From assembly GCF_009914755.1 (NCBI RefSeq), contig NC_060932.1: a stretch of DNA of 64,000 nt, one strand, 5' to 3'. The notes below the pieces were generated by a model that ran no database searches, was not told where the DNA came from, and saw only the letters and a list, made by a program, of their open reading frames with translations. How positions within the stretch are numbered: the first letter of the stretch is position 1; every line of letters starts with the position of its first letter. The position numbers and the translations under genes were made by a program. The stretch comes from the human T2T-CHM13v2.0 reference genome, Homo sapiens. Positions 12,451-24,532 of this stretch are shown here, one piece after another.

Positions 12451-13884
12451 AAAGAAGCCATTGTCTAAATCTGTGGTTTTTTTATAGTGCTTCTTTCAGC
12501 TTCATTGGTTAAAACATCCATTTATGCTTTTTTTCTCCTTGTATTTTCTATTCTTACCTCTTGTACCATATCTTGCTTCCGGTATCTGGTAGAAGCCAGA
12601 GCCTTAGTAAAAGCAACCTCGAGTCAATAACTCTTTTTGTCTTTTGTGAAATCCTATGTGTATTTAAAAAGATCATGTCCCAGAGAGAGAGATGAAACAG
12701 TGAAGTCTTTGAGGGCAAAGAAATGGAGAGAAATTCCTTTGAATGGAAAAGAGGAGAAAGATTTATGTGTTTCCAGACTAGCATAGATGTGTATACTATA
12801 TACTGCTATGTGGCTCCCTGTATCCTGAAGAGGATACAGAACTCAGAAGTTAAGACTATAATGAGTGCCTGGGGAGGTGGGACCTGTATCATGAAGGTAT
12901 CCAGCCTTAGAAAGTGTTTCCTGACACTTGAGTGGCACAGGAGTTAATAAACATGAGAGGCTGGAGCTCAGAGGCTTGGACTCTGAGATATCAATGGTCA
13001 TCACATAAAGATTAGAAGGCCATATCTTTTCTTTTTTTTAAAAGATATTGTTTATGTATTTTATATCCTGATGGAAACCTGGGAGACAGGAGACCCATAT
13101 AATGTCCGAGATTGAATATTCTGCCAGCCTGGTTGGATGGAGTAGAGAATCAGAATTAAATTGAATTTAAAAAAGACAAGGGAAGTTATGTTTCTTACAG
13201 TTTTTAGTTTATGCATTTCACATGATGTGAATCTTCTTCCTCAGCATCCCACTCTTCTGACCAGAAATCAGGTTACTTTTTAGATTCTCAATAACTCTCC
13301 AAAGCTCCTAACCACCATGAATTTTGGGCATAAACTTTTCTGCCTTCTTGTAGGGAGTATGAAAATGTTATCTGTGGCATCCCCAGATCAATGGGAACCA
13401 ATGCCCATTTCATTAGGAATGATTCACACTTCTCAAAGGCAAAGTGCTCAAAGCAATAAAGTCTTCTTGGCCTAACACCTTATGTTTCTGTGGGTACAAT
13501 TTAGAATTTGCTAAGAAGGCCAAGAGGCCAAAATTAGGGTATGATTCCCTTACCCAAGGCCAGAAGGGGAAGACAATCAAGATCTAGAGTAGCATCAAAC
13601 ATCAAGGCTAGCAAAGCTAAATATTGACTTCTGTCCAAAGGGCAGAAGATCCCAAACAAGGCAGGCAATCAAAGGTCAGAAGCTGAGAGCCAACTGGACT
13701 GAAATGGAAGAGGTTTAGAAATAAGTTGTAGAAGGACCCGGAATACTGCTTCTGAAGAAGCTCCCGATGTTTGATAGAGGGGGGCTATTTTCCATTTTTC
13801 TTATTGACTATGCTTCTTATTTACTTTATTTTATGAAGGTTTAATAAAAATTCATGGGCAAAAAATACTAGTTAAAGAAAATCT

Positions 13885-14037
13885 AGCCAGGTGCGGTGGC
13901 TCATGCCTGTAATTCCAGCACTTTGGGAGGCCGAGGTGGGCAGATCATGAGGTCAGGAGATCGAGACCACCCTGGCTAACACGGTGAAAGCCTGTCTCTA
14001 CTAAAAATACAAAAAAAAAAAAAAAAAAAAAGAAAAG
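13885..14037 (+). mobile_element. AluY/Sc-type left monomer only, with A tail and TSD
   Basis: GATCATGAGGTCAGGAGATCGAGACCACCCTGGCTAACACGGTGAAA diagnostics; ends CTAAAAATAC-A(n); TSD AAAGAAAATC(T/C) at 13874-13884 and 14038-14048. Confidence 0.9.
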
Positions 14038-14307
14038 AAAGAAAATCCTTTTATTGACACCCCCACCACCCGCCAAAACTGAGAAAAGATGACTATTATT
14101 ATCTTTCAGTAGCGGATCACACCATATCAGTCCAAGAACACCACTGTTGAGTGAGAAATCATTTGATAACAACTGCCTTCACTGTGTTACAGAATCTTCC
14201 ACAGCTCTTCTGTTTCCTTCTGTTGTTTCTTGATGAGTGTGGTATTAAACTATGTGACAGGAACCATATTAGGCACAGAAGGTGCAGAAACGAGAAGCCC
14301 ATAGTCT

Positions 14308-14450
14308 AGAGTGCTGCCCAATAAAAATATATAAATATATAATACAACCCCCAAGTGGGAGCCACATGAAACAGGTGAAATTAATTGTAATGATATATAT
14401 TTATTTGTATATTTGTGATTCAACTCAATGTATCAAACCATTATTTTTAT
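14308..14450 (+). mobile_element. MER33 fragment (hAT-Charlie)
   Basis: GTGCTGCCCAATAAAAATAT...GAGCCACATG...AAACAGGTGAAATTAATTGTAATG. Confidence 0.65.
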
Positions 14451-14554
14451 TTGTTCATTTTTTAAAAATGACTGAAATACTAAAGTGTAAATACACGCAC
14501 ATGTGTGTCTTTGGAACCTTAATTCACACCACCTCCTTCAGTACACTTAACGCT

Positions 14555-14862
14555 CCAATCCTACTGAAAGTACACAGTTCCCTCAAACTGCCATTATATT
14601 TCACGTCTCTGCTGGGACTCCCCTTGTCCTTCTTGTCTGTGGAGAGAACTCCTACTCATCTTTCAATCTTGGTGCAAACATCTCCTCTGGAAGTCTTCTC
14701 GGGGCTTCCCAAGTGGAGTTGATGACTCCTTTCTTTCTGCCATTAAGGCACTTGGAAGAGTGTCCTGTCATTGCACTTGTTATGCTGCTTTATAACTGCA
14801 GATTCACATCCGCCTCTCCTCAGACCTGGGACTATTGAGAGCAGAGGGCATGTCACATTCAC
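14555..14862 (+). mobile_element. L2 fragment
   Basis: CAGTTCCCTCAAACTGCC...CCTACTCATCTTTCAA...TTGAGAGCAGAGGGCATGTC. Confidence 0.65.
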
Positions 14863-15857
14863 CTCTTCCTTACTCCAAGTCTTAAATTACAGACATACGT
14901 GAAGCCCCCTAAAATACTTCTAAATACCTTCCTTGATGGTAGAGAGTTTCTTTGCCCAGCTATTATAAATTTCTTATTTAGACATAGTGGATAAACTATG
15001 GATAATAGGATTGTATAAAAACTAGTAAACCAACCTGTTTTATTTTCAAAATTAAGAAATAAGACTGCTTTAGAAGCCAGATTCTCCACATTACATATCA
15101 TCAGACTTTCAAAGATTTCAGTTAGACTCATTCTATGTATGAACCAGATAGATTAGCCTGAGATAGAATCTGGTTGAGAATAATAATTTAGGTGCTTTTC
15201 AGTGCTCCCTTGGCTCTTCTGACTCTGGGGTGTCATTTTACTGAATGAGTATTTCAGTTTATTCAAGGGTACCTTGGTCCACAAGAGAAGTAACCCAGAA
15301 TCCCCAAATGTTTGCAACTAGTGAATTGCGCATGTATCGGGCCATCTATTATGGAACAAAGGCTTCGAAACTAATTTTTAAAAAAGAGGCATTTGAATTA
15401 AATTTATTTCTGTAACTCACTTTTCAAGCAAGTGTCATGAACATTTTACTTTTAGATTTAAAGCTTAAACAGCTGTGGAATACTTGGTGTTCTATGATAG
15501 TTTTTTTATAGATCTCTCTGTTTTCTCAGATGACAGGGCTATTAATGTTGACTTCCAAATAGTTTTGATTCTGTAAGAAAAATTTATAAAAAATAATTTT
15601 AGTTCCTGGGAAAAAAATTAACTCATTTCAAATGCCCTATCAAACATCTGATATCCAAAAAAATACAGCATGGATAAAAATATAATTTAGAAAAAATGCC
15701 AAAGAATATTTGGGTAATGTTACAGAGAACATAATATTTTCTCTTTGCATGTTATGGAAACGAACCTGAGAGAAATCTTTTCATTACTGTTCAGATTGCT
15801 AAATACTTACGTTCTTTAAGTCTGGCTTTTGATATTATTTTTGAATTTGTGTTTTTA

Positions 15858-15937
15858 TTAGATGGGTGCAAAAGTTATGGAAATTTTGGCCATTTCTTTT
15901 AATGGAAACGACTGCAATTACTTTTGCATCAACCTGA
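15858..15937. mobile_element. MADE1 (Hsmar1-derived 80-bp MITE)
   Basis: TTAGATGGGTGCAAAAGTTA...TAATTACTTTTGCATCAACCTGA-like terminal inverted repeats; 80 bp long; TA on both sides (15856-57 and 15938-39). Confidence 0.9.
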
Positions 15938-17029
15938 TACGATCCAGGTTTTATTTAAATGCTAAAAATACAAACAACTCTTTCCCATCTATAAAAATAG
16001 AATAGAAATGGCATAAAGCAATATTCATAGGACAGTTGTTGAGATTGGACTACTTCAATAAGGTCTACTCTGCTGAGAAATATGGAAATATTTCTCATAT
16101 ATTTAGAAACAATGATATGGAAACAATGAGAATAATGGGTTTTCCCTTGTGGCACCCACATAAGCAACATTCTGTTTTCAGGAGGTACACAGCGTTGACA
16201 AAATGCCCTCCTTCATTGCAGTGAATTGTCATTGCTATTATAACAGTAAAAGTGTATATTTCTTGCCTATGAAGTTTTAACTTGTGAATTAATAAATAGG
16301 ATGCCTAGGTATGTTGTCTCTAGTCATTAAATGCAAAGGTGAAGTTGTTCTTTCATGGCAGGTGGGCCAATTAGCATCTTTAAAAGGTGCTATCATTATG
16401 ATAACAAAAAAAACCCCAGGTTTGCTGATGAATAAAGATTTCATCTCAAAAAGCATTTTGAAAACATGGACTAATTAATCTGACTCAGAATGCTCAAATA
16501 AAAATATGTTCTCTGCTCTTAGACCTCTAGCTTAACAGAAGTACATTGAGAAACAAAGAGGGATAAACAGGAAAATTATATTTCCCCTTTGCCAGTTGTC
16601 ATCCAGTTGCAATACAGCTTTTCAATGGCTATTTGTGTCAGAAAGAAGACAACCTATATTTTACCATGGAAAACATATTTTTTTAAAAAATAGTTACACT
16701 TTTATATCTGGAAACATCGTCAAATAGACAACCTGAAACTCTCCTAACAAAAACACCTCATAGTGCTAGTTATATCTTTTGAAAGCATAACTTAGATTAT
16801 CAGTAAATAAGGGAAGACACTGGATGCCCAGAGAGCTATAAAAGAGTGTGTCAATATCGTCAAACTGTGCAAGTCCTAGAGTGGGTGCTTCTTGCCTTGG
16901 TAACCTAGGGTGCTAGGCTTACACACTGGCTCAGGAGAAAATGGGCTCGTATGAAACAAAAGATTGTAGCTGAGACCATTGTGTAAAGCCTGAACCCTTC
17001 AAAAAAACCTTAAAACTTCAGAAGGTTTC

Positions 17030-17420
17030 TAGCTTCAGGAGGGCTAAATCCAGTTGTGCAAATAATGCCATCAGGAAATTGCCTAGTTCTCTCTCTTTCT
17101 CAGCTCTGTCTTCCTCAGTTTGGGATTTACTCTCAGGAAACCATTTCTAATTGATGGTTAACATGGTCACCAGAATTTCCAGGTTTACCTCACTCTCACA
17201 GATAGAGATCACAATCACAGAGAACATAAATTCCTTTTTCCTGAGAGTTTCAGCAAACGTTGACATTCTCTGACCTGCTGACATCAAGTGTTGATCCCTC
17301 AGCTGATCCTGTGACCCAAGGATGGAGTTCTCTTCCTGTGTGTCCTCCCTGATCCAAGGGGATGAAGTTCTATCAAACCATATGAACCAAGAGTTAAGGA
17401 AATAAGGAAAGGCATGGTTC
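17030..17420 (-). mobile_element. old MLT1K/L-like LTR fragment
   Basis: CTCTTTCTCAGCTCTGTCTTCCTCAG...TACTCTCAGG...AACATGGTCACCAG...CCAGGTTTAC. Confidence 0.5.
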
Positions 17421-18393
17421 TAAAACAAAACAAAAAAAAAAAAAAAGAAAAAGAAAGGCTGGGAGGCAAACAACAGATACTATTTCCTAAAAACATTGCC
17501 ACTTTAGTAAAAATGATGTAGAGATTACCAGATGATTTTTTTTCACCTGGCTTTATTCTTAATCAGGGAAACCAGATCTAGCAATGTTTATGATATAAAG
17601 TAGTAGAAGATGACTCCTCTTTTGTCTCTATCTCTTGTCCAGTAGCAGGAGTGAAACTGAGACGTTAATCTAACTTGGATTTACCTTTATACATAGTCCT
17701 AGTTTGTTGTTTTTTCCTCCCAGCATTTCCAATCATGCTGCATTCTCAATAAACATACATTGAACTAATAACTAGCTGCACTCCTAGCACTCCCCGTACT
17801 CCCCTTACTTAGGATCCTAGTGGAAGAGGAAAAACTGCAAGACCTGTGTGGAGTCTAGAATGGAGGTGGCTTTCCCTTCAGCCCTGTATCCAGTCTTTAA
17901 GAAAAAGGAGAAAAAGTAGGAATGGAAAGAATGAGAAAAATTGAGGGGAGACCGAGAAAGGATTCTGCTGTTTTTTACATAGCTCATGAGCTACTTTAAC
18001 TGAGAACCACATGGAATTAGGTAAAATTCAAAGGACAGTGAGACTAAAACATCATACATTGAGATTGTATCAGTGAAGTATTTGATTAACTGTAAGTTAC
18101 TACATAAATGTGAGAAATTCAACTGCATTTTGTCCCAAGTTCTTGTCTTTTTTGTTTCTTTGCAGATGTAATTGAGCAAACTGTGTTCTATAGAACATTC
18201 TGTGAAATAGATTCTGAGAAAATGTTTCCACAGTCATATCCATTTGGTAAATCCAACATATCTGTAGTCGTCTTGTCTATCCATTCTTATTCACATATTA
18301 AAGGTCATATATATAGAAATTCTTAAATTTTATTTAGTCCAGTATTGACCATTGGACCTTCCAACCCCCTCTCTCTCTCCTGTCCCACTCCCC

Positions 18394-18697
18394 TTTTTTT
18401 CTTTTTCTTTTTCTTTTCCTTTTTTTTTTTTTTTTTTTTGAGACCAGGTCTCATTCTGTCTGCCAGGCTGGAGTGCAGTGGCGAGATCATGGCTCATTGC
18501 AGCCTTGACCTCCCCAGGCTCGAGGGATCTTTCCACCTCAGCCTCCCTAGTAGCTAGGACTACAGGCATGCACCACCATGCCTGGGTAACTTTTTTTTTG
18601 TGGAGATGGGGTTTGGCCACATTGCTCAGGCTGTTTCAAACTCCTGGGCTCAAGCAACTGCCCACTTTGGCCTCCCAAAGTGCTAGGATTATAGGTC
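18394..18697 (-). mobile_element. AluJ
   Basis: T-rich tail, then GAGACCAGGTCTCATTCTG...CTCCTGGGCTCAAGCAA...CCCAAAGTGCTAGGATTATAGG; J diagnostics; first ~20 bp missing. Confidence 0.92.
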
Positions 18698-19689
18698 CCA
18701 TTTTTTTTTCTAGTAACACTTGTTAATATCTGGCAGAACTAGCATGTCTTTCTGCATATCCTAAGAAAGACTAATTTTTTTCTCCTCTAGGAGGAACTAC
18801 ATGTGGAAATCAGTAATTGACTTACAGACACATTTTTGTAGGTTTCCCATGCTACTGCTTCTCCTTCTTCTTCTCCTATCTCTCTACATCTCCCACTTCC
18901 CCACCCACTGACCTTTGCTAATGATATTAATCATAAAAATGCTGATTGTTTTCAGACACAGTCTTATTCAGCCTTTACATTAAGGCAACTGGGTATGTTT
19001 CTTCACTTCCTGAACGAAGAATATGGGGGTCAGAAGCTTGCTTGGGGCCATGTGATTAAAGACATCAGTTAAGACTTAGCATTGTTGCTGACAACAACAA
19101 CAAAAAACAGTAGTTGGATTGTAAGGGAGTTGAAAAAAATGGTGGCTTGCTGGAACCAAGGGGGTGAAACTGCTGTCACTTCCCTTTTACAGGCTCCCGG
19201 GAGTCATTCTCATACATGGAACTCTGCTCAGCTTTTCATTTACCCCAAACATTGTTTCCTTAAATCATTGTTCTCAAGGTTACTTAGAGACAAAGAATAC
19301 TTAAGTGATTATGACAGTCACAGTTATGGTACAAATTATGTGTACCGCACTATTGAACAGCATACACATTTATTCACAATAGCCAGCAAAATACCTGTAG
19401 TAGCTAAGATGTAGGATAAGATCAGGTTTTGGGTAAGATGAAATGGAGCTAAAATTTCAAGTTTGACACAGGTCACGTTTGGGATTATTGTTTTTGGATT
19501 ATTGGAAAAGAAGTAGTACCACAGATTTGCCAGAACCTAATGTCTGCCTGGCTTAATTCAAACAGTTGGTAGTTATTGATTGCTGGGGAAAAGTGGAGAA
19601 TAGAGGAATGGAAAAAGAGAGGAAGGAAAAGTAGGTGGTAAGTACAAGGTCCACTCAGCTACAGAGTCCATCTTCTTCCTGTAACACCT

Positions 19690-19830
19690 CACTGAACCTA
19701 CTAGCCTTTATCATGCAAGTCATTGAATCTCTTGAATCTTATTAATAGTTTTTTATCTGTAAAATGGGAGTGATGGTATCTTTTTCAGCTACTTTGCAAG
19801 GTTGTTTTAAGGCTAAACAGAAAAAGATAG
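19690..19830 (+). mobile_element. MIR
   Basis: GCAAGTCATTGAATCTC...TTTTATCTGTAAAATGGGAGTGATG...GGTTGTTTTAAGG. Confidence 0.7.
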
Positions 19831-21099
19831 AACATATACAGGGTTCACTATGAGTAAGAAGTAATATAAATGTCTTTACACATTTCACAACACAGTAATG
19901 AACATGTATAAATCCAACTTGGGACTATGTGACATGATAAGTATGACACACATGCTGCATATGTGGGGGCCAAGTGAGCTGCATATGTTCAGTGAGCCTG
20001 AATGAGGCTCTCTGCAGTTTGGCAGATGGACTACACAAAGCAAAGAAAAAAAATCTGAAAAATAGAAATGGCATAATTGAATTATTCTAATGAATTAAAT
20101 CAAAGTCACTCTCAGAATTGGGAAAGAGTGTCGTTAACACTGGTTCTGAACAGTTATTTGGAACCGAGTTCAACTATTGCTCTGTGGCCTTGGCCCTTTG
20201 CTTCAGTCTTTGTTTGCTTTTTTGCTCTTTTCAGTTGGTGTGTTCCTAACTTGATGACCTTGTTTCAGGCTCCGGGAGAATGCCAGTGGCCAGAAAATCA
20301 CATTTGAGGGGTTGATTTGTCTCCCTTAACCTCTCTCTGCTACCTAAGACGTAATGGAACTAACATTTCAAGGTGGCCCCAGGTTAGGATTTAGATTATT
20401 ACTTGGGAACAAGAGTATGGCCACGAATTTGTCAGGCAAGTACTGAACAAAATGTCCTACTCACTTAAAAGTCAAAGGTGCTTGAGAGGTTGATTTCAGC
20501 TTTTGCACGTAGGACCACTGATTTACCTTAAAAAAAAAGGAGAAAACCCCAGAAAGTTTTGGGTCCTCATATTCTTCTTGGATGTTTAATATTCTAAAGA
20601 AATTATTGAATTTGAAATTTTGTTAGTGTTTCAGGCTTTTGTTTTCATTTTTTTGCTTTTGATAGAAAAAAAATACAAGTGTCTAGGCCTGAAAATAGGG
20701 TCAATTCCTGAAATTCTTTGTAGGAGCCTCAGGTAAACTTTATTTATCTGAGTTTATCATGCTAAAATGTCCTGGCCCTAGACAAAAAATTCTTTTTGAT
20801 AGTAGAGACCAAACATGTCTTGATAAAGCTGTCAAATTTGTAGACTGATTGACCTGGAGATATGATTTCCATTATTGCTTTTGATGGTTCTGGAATTTAT
20901 ATCAAGAGATAAGGCATTTGGCCTTGGGAGACAATTTCTATTGCTGGGGGCAGGGGATGTACATCATTGTAAGTGCATGAAATTTTATGAACCAGTTGGG
21001 TTAGTTTACTCCAAGAGTTTCATAGCCATTTATTCCCTCCTGCTCAGTGGTAGTCAGGACTGTTTTGTAGAAGTCATATATGTATGACTTTCCCACTAG

Positions 21100-21255
21100 A
21101 GCCTTCAGAGTCAACAGTGAACAGACATGACTTGATTCCCAGATCCTCTGTCTCCTAGCGTTAGGAATTTGGGCAAACACTTTCCCTTGGTACATCTCAG
21201 TTACTGCTGGTTTTATGAAAATAATATTGCCTACCTGGGAGGATTCAGGAAGGCA
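21100..21255 (+). mobile_element. MIR (5' part, interrupted by MLT1A)
   Basis: TTGGGCAAAC...TCAGTT...AAAATAATATTGCCTACC; the MIR resumes at 21612 as CTAGTACAAGTGCCTGGCAC. Confidence 0.6.
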
Positions 21256-21259
21256 TAAA

Positions 21260-21612
21260 TGATCCTAGTGTGCCCCCCAAATTTATATGTTGAAGCCCTA
21301 AACCCCAGTGTGATAGTATTTGGAAGTGATGTCCTTGAGAGGTAATTAAGTTTAGATGAGGTGGTGAGGGTGGGGATAGGATTAATGTCCTCATTCGAAG
21401 ACAAAGAGAGACCCCTGCTCTCTCGCTTTCTTCACCATATGAAGACACAGAAAGAAGGTGGCCTTTTATAAGCCAGGAGGAGATCCCTAACCAGGAGTCA
21501 AATTGGTTGCCACCTTGATGTTGAGCTTTGCAGACTCCAGATTAGAAATAAATGTCTATTATTTAAGCCACCCAGTCTGAGGCATTTTATTACAGTAGTG
21601 CGAGCTGAGACA
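21260..21612 (+). mobile_element. MLT1A-type MaLR solo LTR
   Basis: GTGTGCCCCCCAAATTTATATGTTGAAGCCCTAAACCCCAGTGTGA...TTTAAGCCACCCAGTCTG...GAGCTGAGACA. Confidence 0.85.
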
Positions 21613-21739
21613 CTAGTACAAGTGCCTGGCACTTTACTATTATTTATAAACATCCTCCAAAAGGATTGATTATACAGTATTTACAAATCTTTGTTTTGAT
21701 TTGAAACTTTTACAGTTTGTAAAGTATTAACATTTTGTG

Positions 21740-21860
21740 TGTTAAGATCTCGAGGCAAGTATTAAAATTTCTCACTTTAAAGATGAGGAAACTGAAGCAA
21801 AGAGATAGAAAATGAATTTTTCAAAAGTCACACTGTAAATCATGGCAAAACTGGAAATCT
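21740..21860 (-). mobile_element. MIR
   Basis: CACTTTAAAGATGAGGAAACTGAAGCAAAGAGA...AAGTCACAC. Confidence 0.7.
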
Positions 21861-22150
21861 ATTTTAGCTGAAGATTATTCCTTATTGCCTAGTATAGGGC
21901 TTGGCTTTTAGTAGGTCTTAATGTTTTTGTTGAATAAATGACTGAATGGAAGTCCTTAAAAACAAAAATTATCTACATTTCAAGTTCATTGCAATTTTTT
22001 ATGTGCTAAAGCTTCCTGTCTAAACCAGGGTCATGTTTACCGGTAATCACAGCAGAATTATGGGCATTTAGATAAAGTAGAGTTTGCTTAATCTAAGTGG
22101 GGACTGAATCATGCTTTTATTTTCCAGATTGTTAGAGGAATTCTCTTTAA

Positions 22151-22282
22151 TTTTTTTTTCTTTTATAGAGCCAGAGTCTTGCTAAGTTGCCCAGACTGTT
22201 CTTGAACTCCTGGACTCAAGAGATCCTCCCACCTCAGCCTCCCAAAGTGCTGGGATTACGGGTGTGAGGCACCAGGCCTGGA
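22151..22282 (-). mobile_element. FLAM_C (free left Alu monomer)
   Basis: T-tail, then AGAGTCTTGCTAAGTTGCCCAG...GGACTCAAGAGATCC...GGGATTACGGGTGTGAGGCACCAGGCCTGG; single monomer. Confidence 0.8.
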
Positions 22283-22732
22283 CTGGGATCTTCTTTTAAA
22301 AAGAGGCTTATTGTGTGTGCAGTCTTCAGGGCACTTCATTCAGATGGCTGAAGCACCCTCAGCTATCTGGAAGGAGTGATTTACCAGCAACAAACTGCTC
22401 ATCAGGTTACCTGAAAAGGATGAACTCATGAATCTTTAGTCTTGAGACCTAAAGTCCACATAAGCCACAGAACATGCTCCACCAGGAAACATGCCTCCAA
22501 CTAAAGGAATACATTCCTTTGATTTCCCCTAGGCTGTCCAGTGTAGGACATCCCTTGCTTGAGTGGAAAAGGTAGTGTTGATTCAGTGAGGAGAAGGCCA
22601 TGAGAAATCTTCCTAGATTTCATGTTTGAGCAGTAAGAAAATTTGCTGGAGGAAGATACTTACTTGGCACTCATTCATGGCAAAGAAAATTTGATGGTGA
22701 ATTACAGATATTGCTAACAAATATTTCTGATG

Positions 22733-22915
22733 GCACAGCCTGCTATAGTGGAAAGAAAGCAGGATGGAGATGGAAGAGACTGGGTCTTAGTTCCAACTCT
22801 GCCATTCAGCAGCAGTGTTGCTGTTACCAAGTGTCTCAGCCTCCTGGGCTGCATTCTCTTCTACACATGAGTTGGTTAAATAAATAATATCAAAAGTTCC
22901 TGGCAATTTTAAAAT
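22733..22915 (+). mobile_element. MIR
   Basis: TATAGTGGAAAGA...GACTGGGTCTTAGTTCCAACTCTGCCATT...CAAGTGTCTCAGCCTC. Confidence 0.65.
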
Positions 22916-23599
22916 TCTGAATCTGTATTTTCATGAGAAATGTTTTTGGTCCACTATAATTAAAATTAAAACCCCTCCTTCATTTTTCTAAAAGGAGCTG
23001 GGTGACAATCAACATTGAAAGAGAAATTAATTTCATTAGCATTTTGAAAATCTCAATGGCAATATTTCTCAAACAACGACTCCCACTGATGGCTTGAGTG
23101 GGCCATTGTGCCTTCTGCCAGTTAAACAGACACCACTTTATTCTTAGCAGCTGTGATCCCTAATTGGAAAGGGGACTGGTCCAAAAATGTAAAAGGAAAA
23201 TCACATCACAGCAAGGAAATCTGTGTGGAGCTCAAGGTCTTCGGCCACCCTGGTCACTGTTCCTCCCTTGAGCTTCTTGTTGAGGAATTTGCCCTTTGGA
23301 GACCAAAGCCCCACAGTAGCTTAACTTTTAGTTTTGGGGTATTTGTTTGAAAAGGTTCCCTTTCCTGTCTTTATTGGTTAAAAAAAAAAGGGTAAAGAAG
23401 AGTCTTATTGGTAGAACCAATTCCTCATCAAAGCAGTATTCCCCATGCTCCATTCTACTTGGAATTAAACAAGCTCCATTTTCCATTTCCAAAGCATTTT
23501 GAAATAGAGCAAAGCAGAAGGAAATACATAGATTCTTTAATCAAGTTATGAGAATAGCTGATTCTCTAGATTTACTGAAAATATTGGCCATCAGTGCTG

Positions 23600-23910
23600 C
23601 TGTTCCCTGTGCTTGGGAAGCTCTCTAACCAGATGTCCATGGCTCTTGCCCTTCTCCACTTCAGGGCTGTGCTGCAATTTATCTTCAGTGAGGCCTTCTT
23701 GTCCAAGCATGGGCACTACCACGCCTTCCCCCAACCTCGTTTCTTATTCCACACCCCCAATGTATTTTTCATCACAGAATGTTTCTTCCTAGAACCCTGT
23801 GAAAAATAGAATCTTTCTGGATTTTGTTTACTATTAGATCTCAAGCACCTAGAATGGTGCCTGATACACAGTATATTCCTCATACATATTTGTTGAATGA
23901 CCGAATGTTG
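23600..23910 (+). mobile_element. L2 3' end
   Basis: CAGTGAGGCCTTC...GCACCTAGAATGGTGCCTGATACACAG...ATATTTGTTGAATGACCGAATG. Confidence 0.75.
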
Positions 23911-24301
23911 AATAGCCCTCTAATTTCATGAATGGATTAATGAATTATTAAGAAAGAAAGTTCTTTGAATTTCTGCTGGTCCTTTCGTTTCTATTCTGGC
24001 AGAGCACAAAAGTAAATTGGCTGACCATTTGATGCAGTTCTTCTGGAAGTCACGTATATCTAAAATGTTTCCTTACTGTTGGGGGAGACGATTACACCCT
24101 CCCCAGGAGAGGAAGGCTAGCAAATACCAAGGAGAAAAGCTAGATTTGCTCTGGTGCCCTCTAGCTTTCTTACATACCACTCAGTCTTCTCTTGGTTTCT
24201 CCTGGGTGTTTTTTCTTTTGTCTTGTCTTCTCTAGTAATCTCTTATCTCATATTCAGACCGCTAAGCAAGTTAGATGTGGGAAGGACCATATAGGCTAGT
24301 C

Positions 24302-24477
24302 TAGTGACTCCTAAGCCTGGCTGCACCATTATAATCACTTGGAGAACTTTTATAAATACTGATACTCAGGCCTCACCCCAGAGTATTAAATCAGAGTCTC
24401 TGGAAGTGGCCCCTATCAGAATATTTCATAAGCTCTCCCACTGAGTCTCTTGTGTATACAGAGTTGAGAATTACTGA
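24302..24477. mobile_element. MER5B-like hAT MITE
   Basis: AGTGACTCCTAAGCCTGGCTGCAC...AATCAC...AAATCAGAGTCTCTGG...GTTGAGAATTACTG. Confidence 0.7.
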
Positions 24478-24532
24478 TCTGTTCTCCCTTTCACCTCCAA
24501 TTCAGAAAATGGGAAACTTGGACTCAAAAGTA

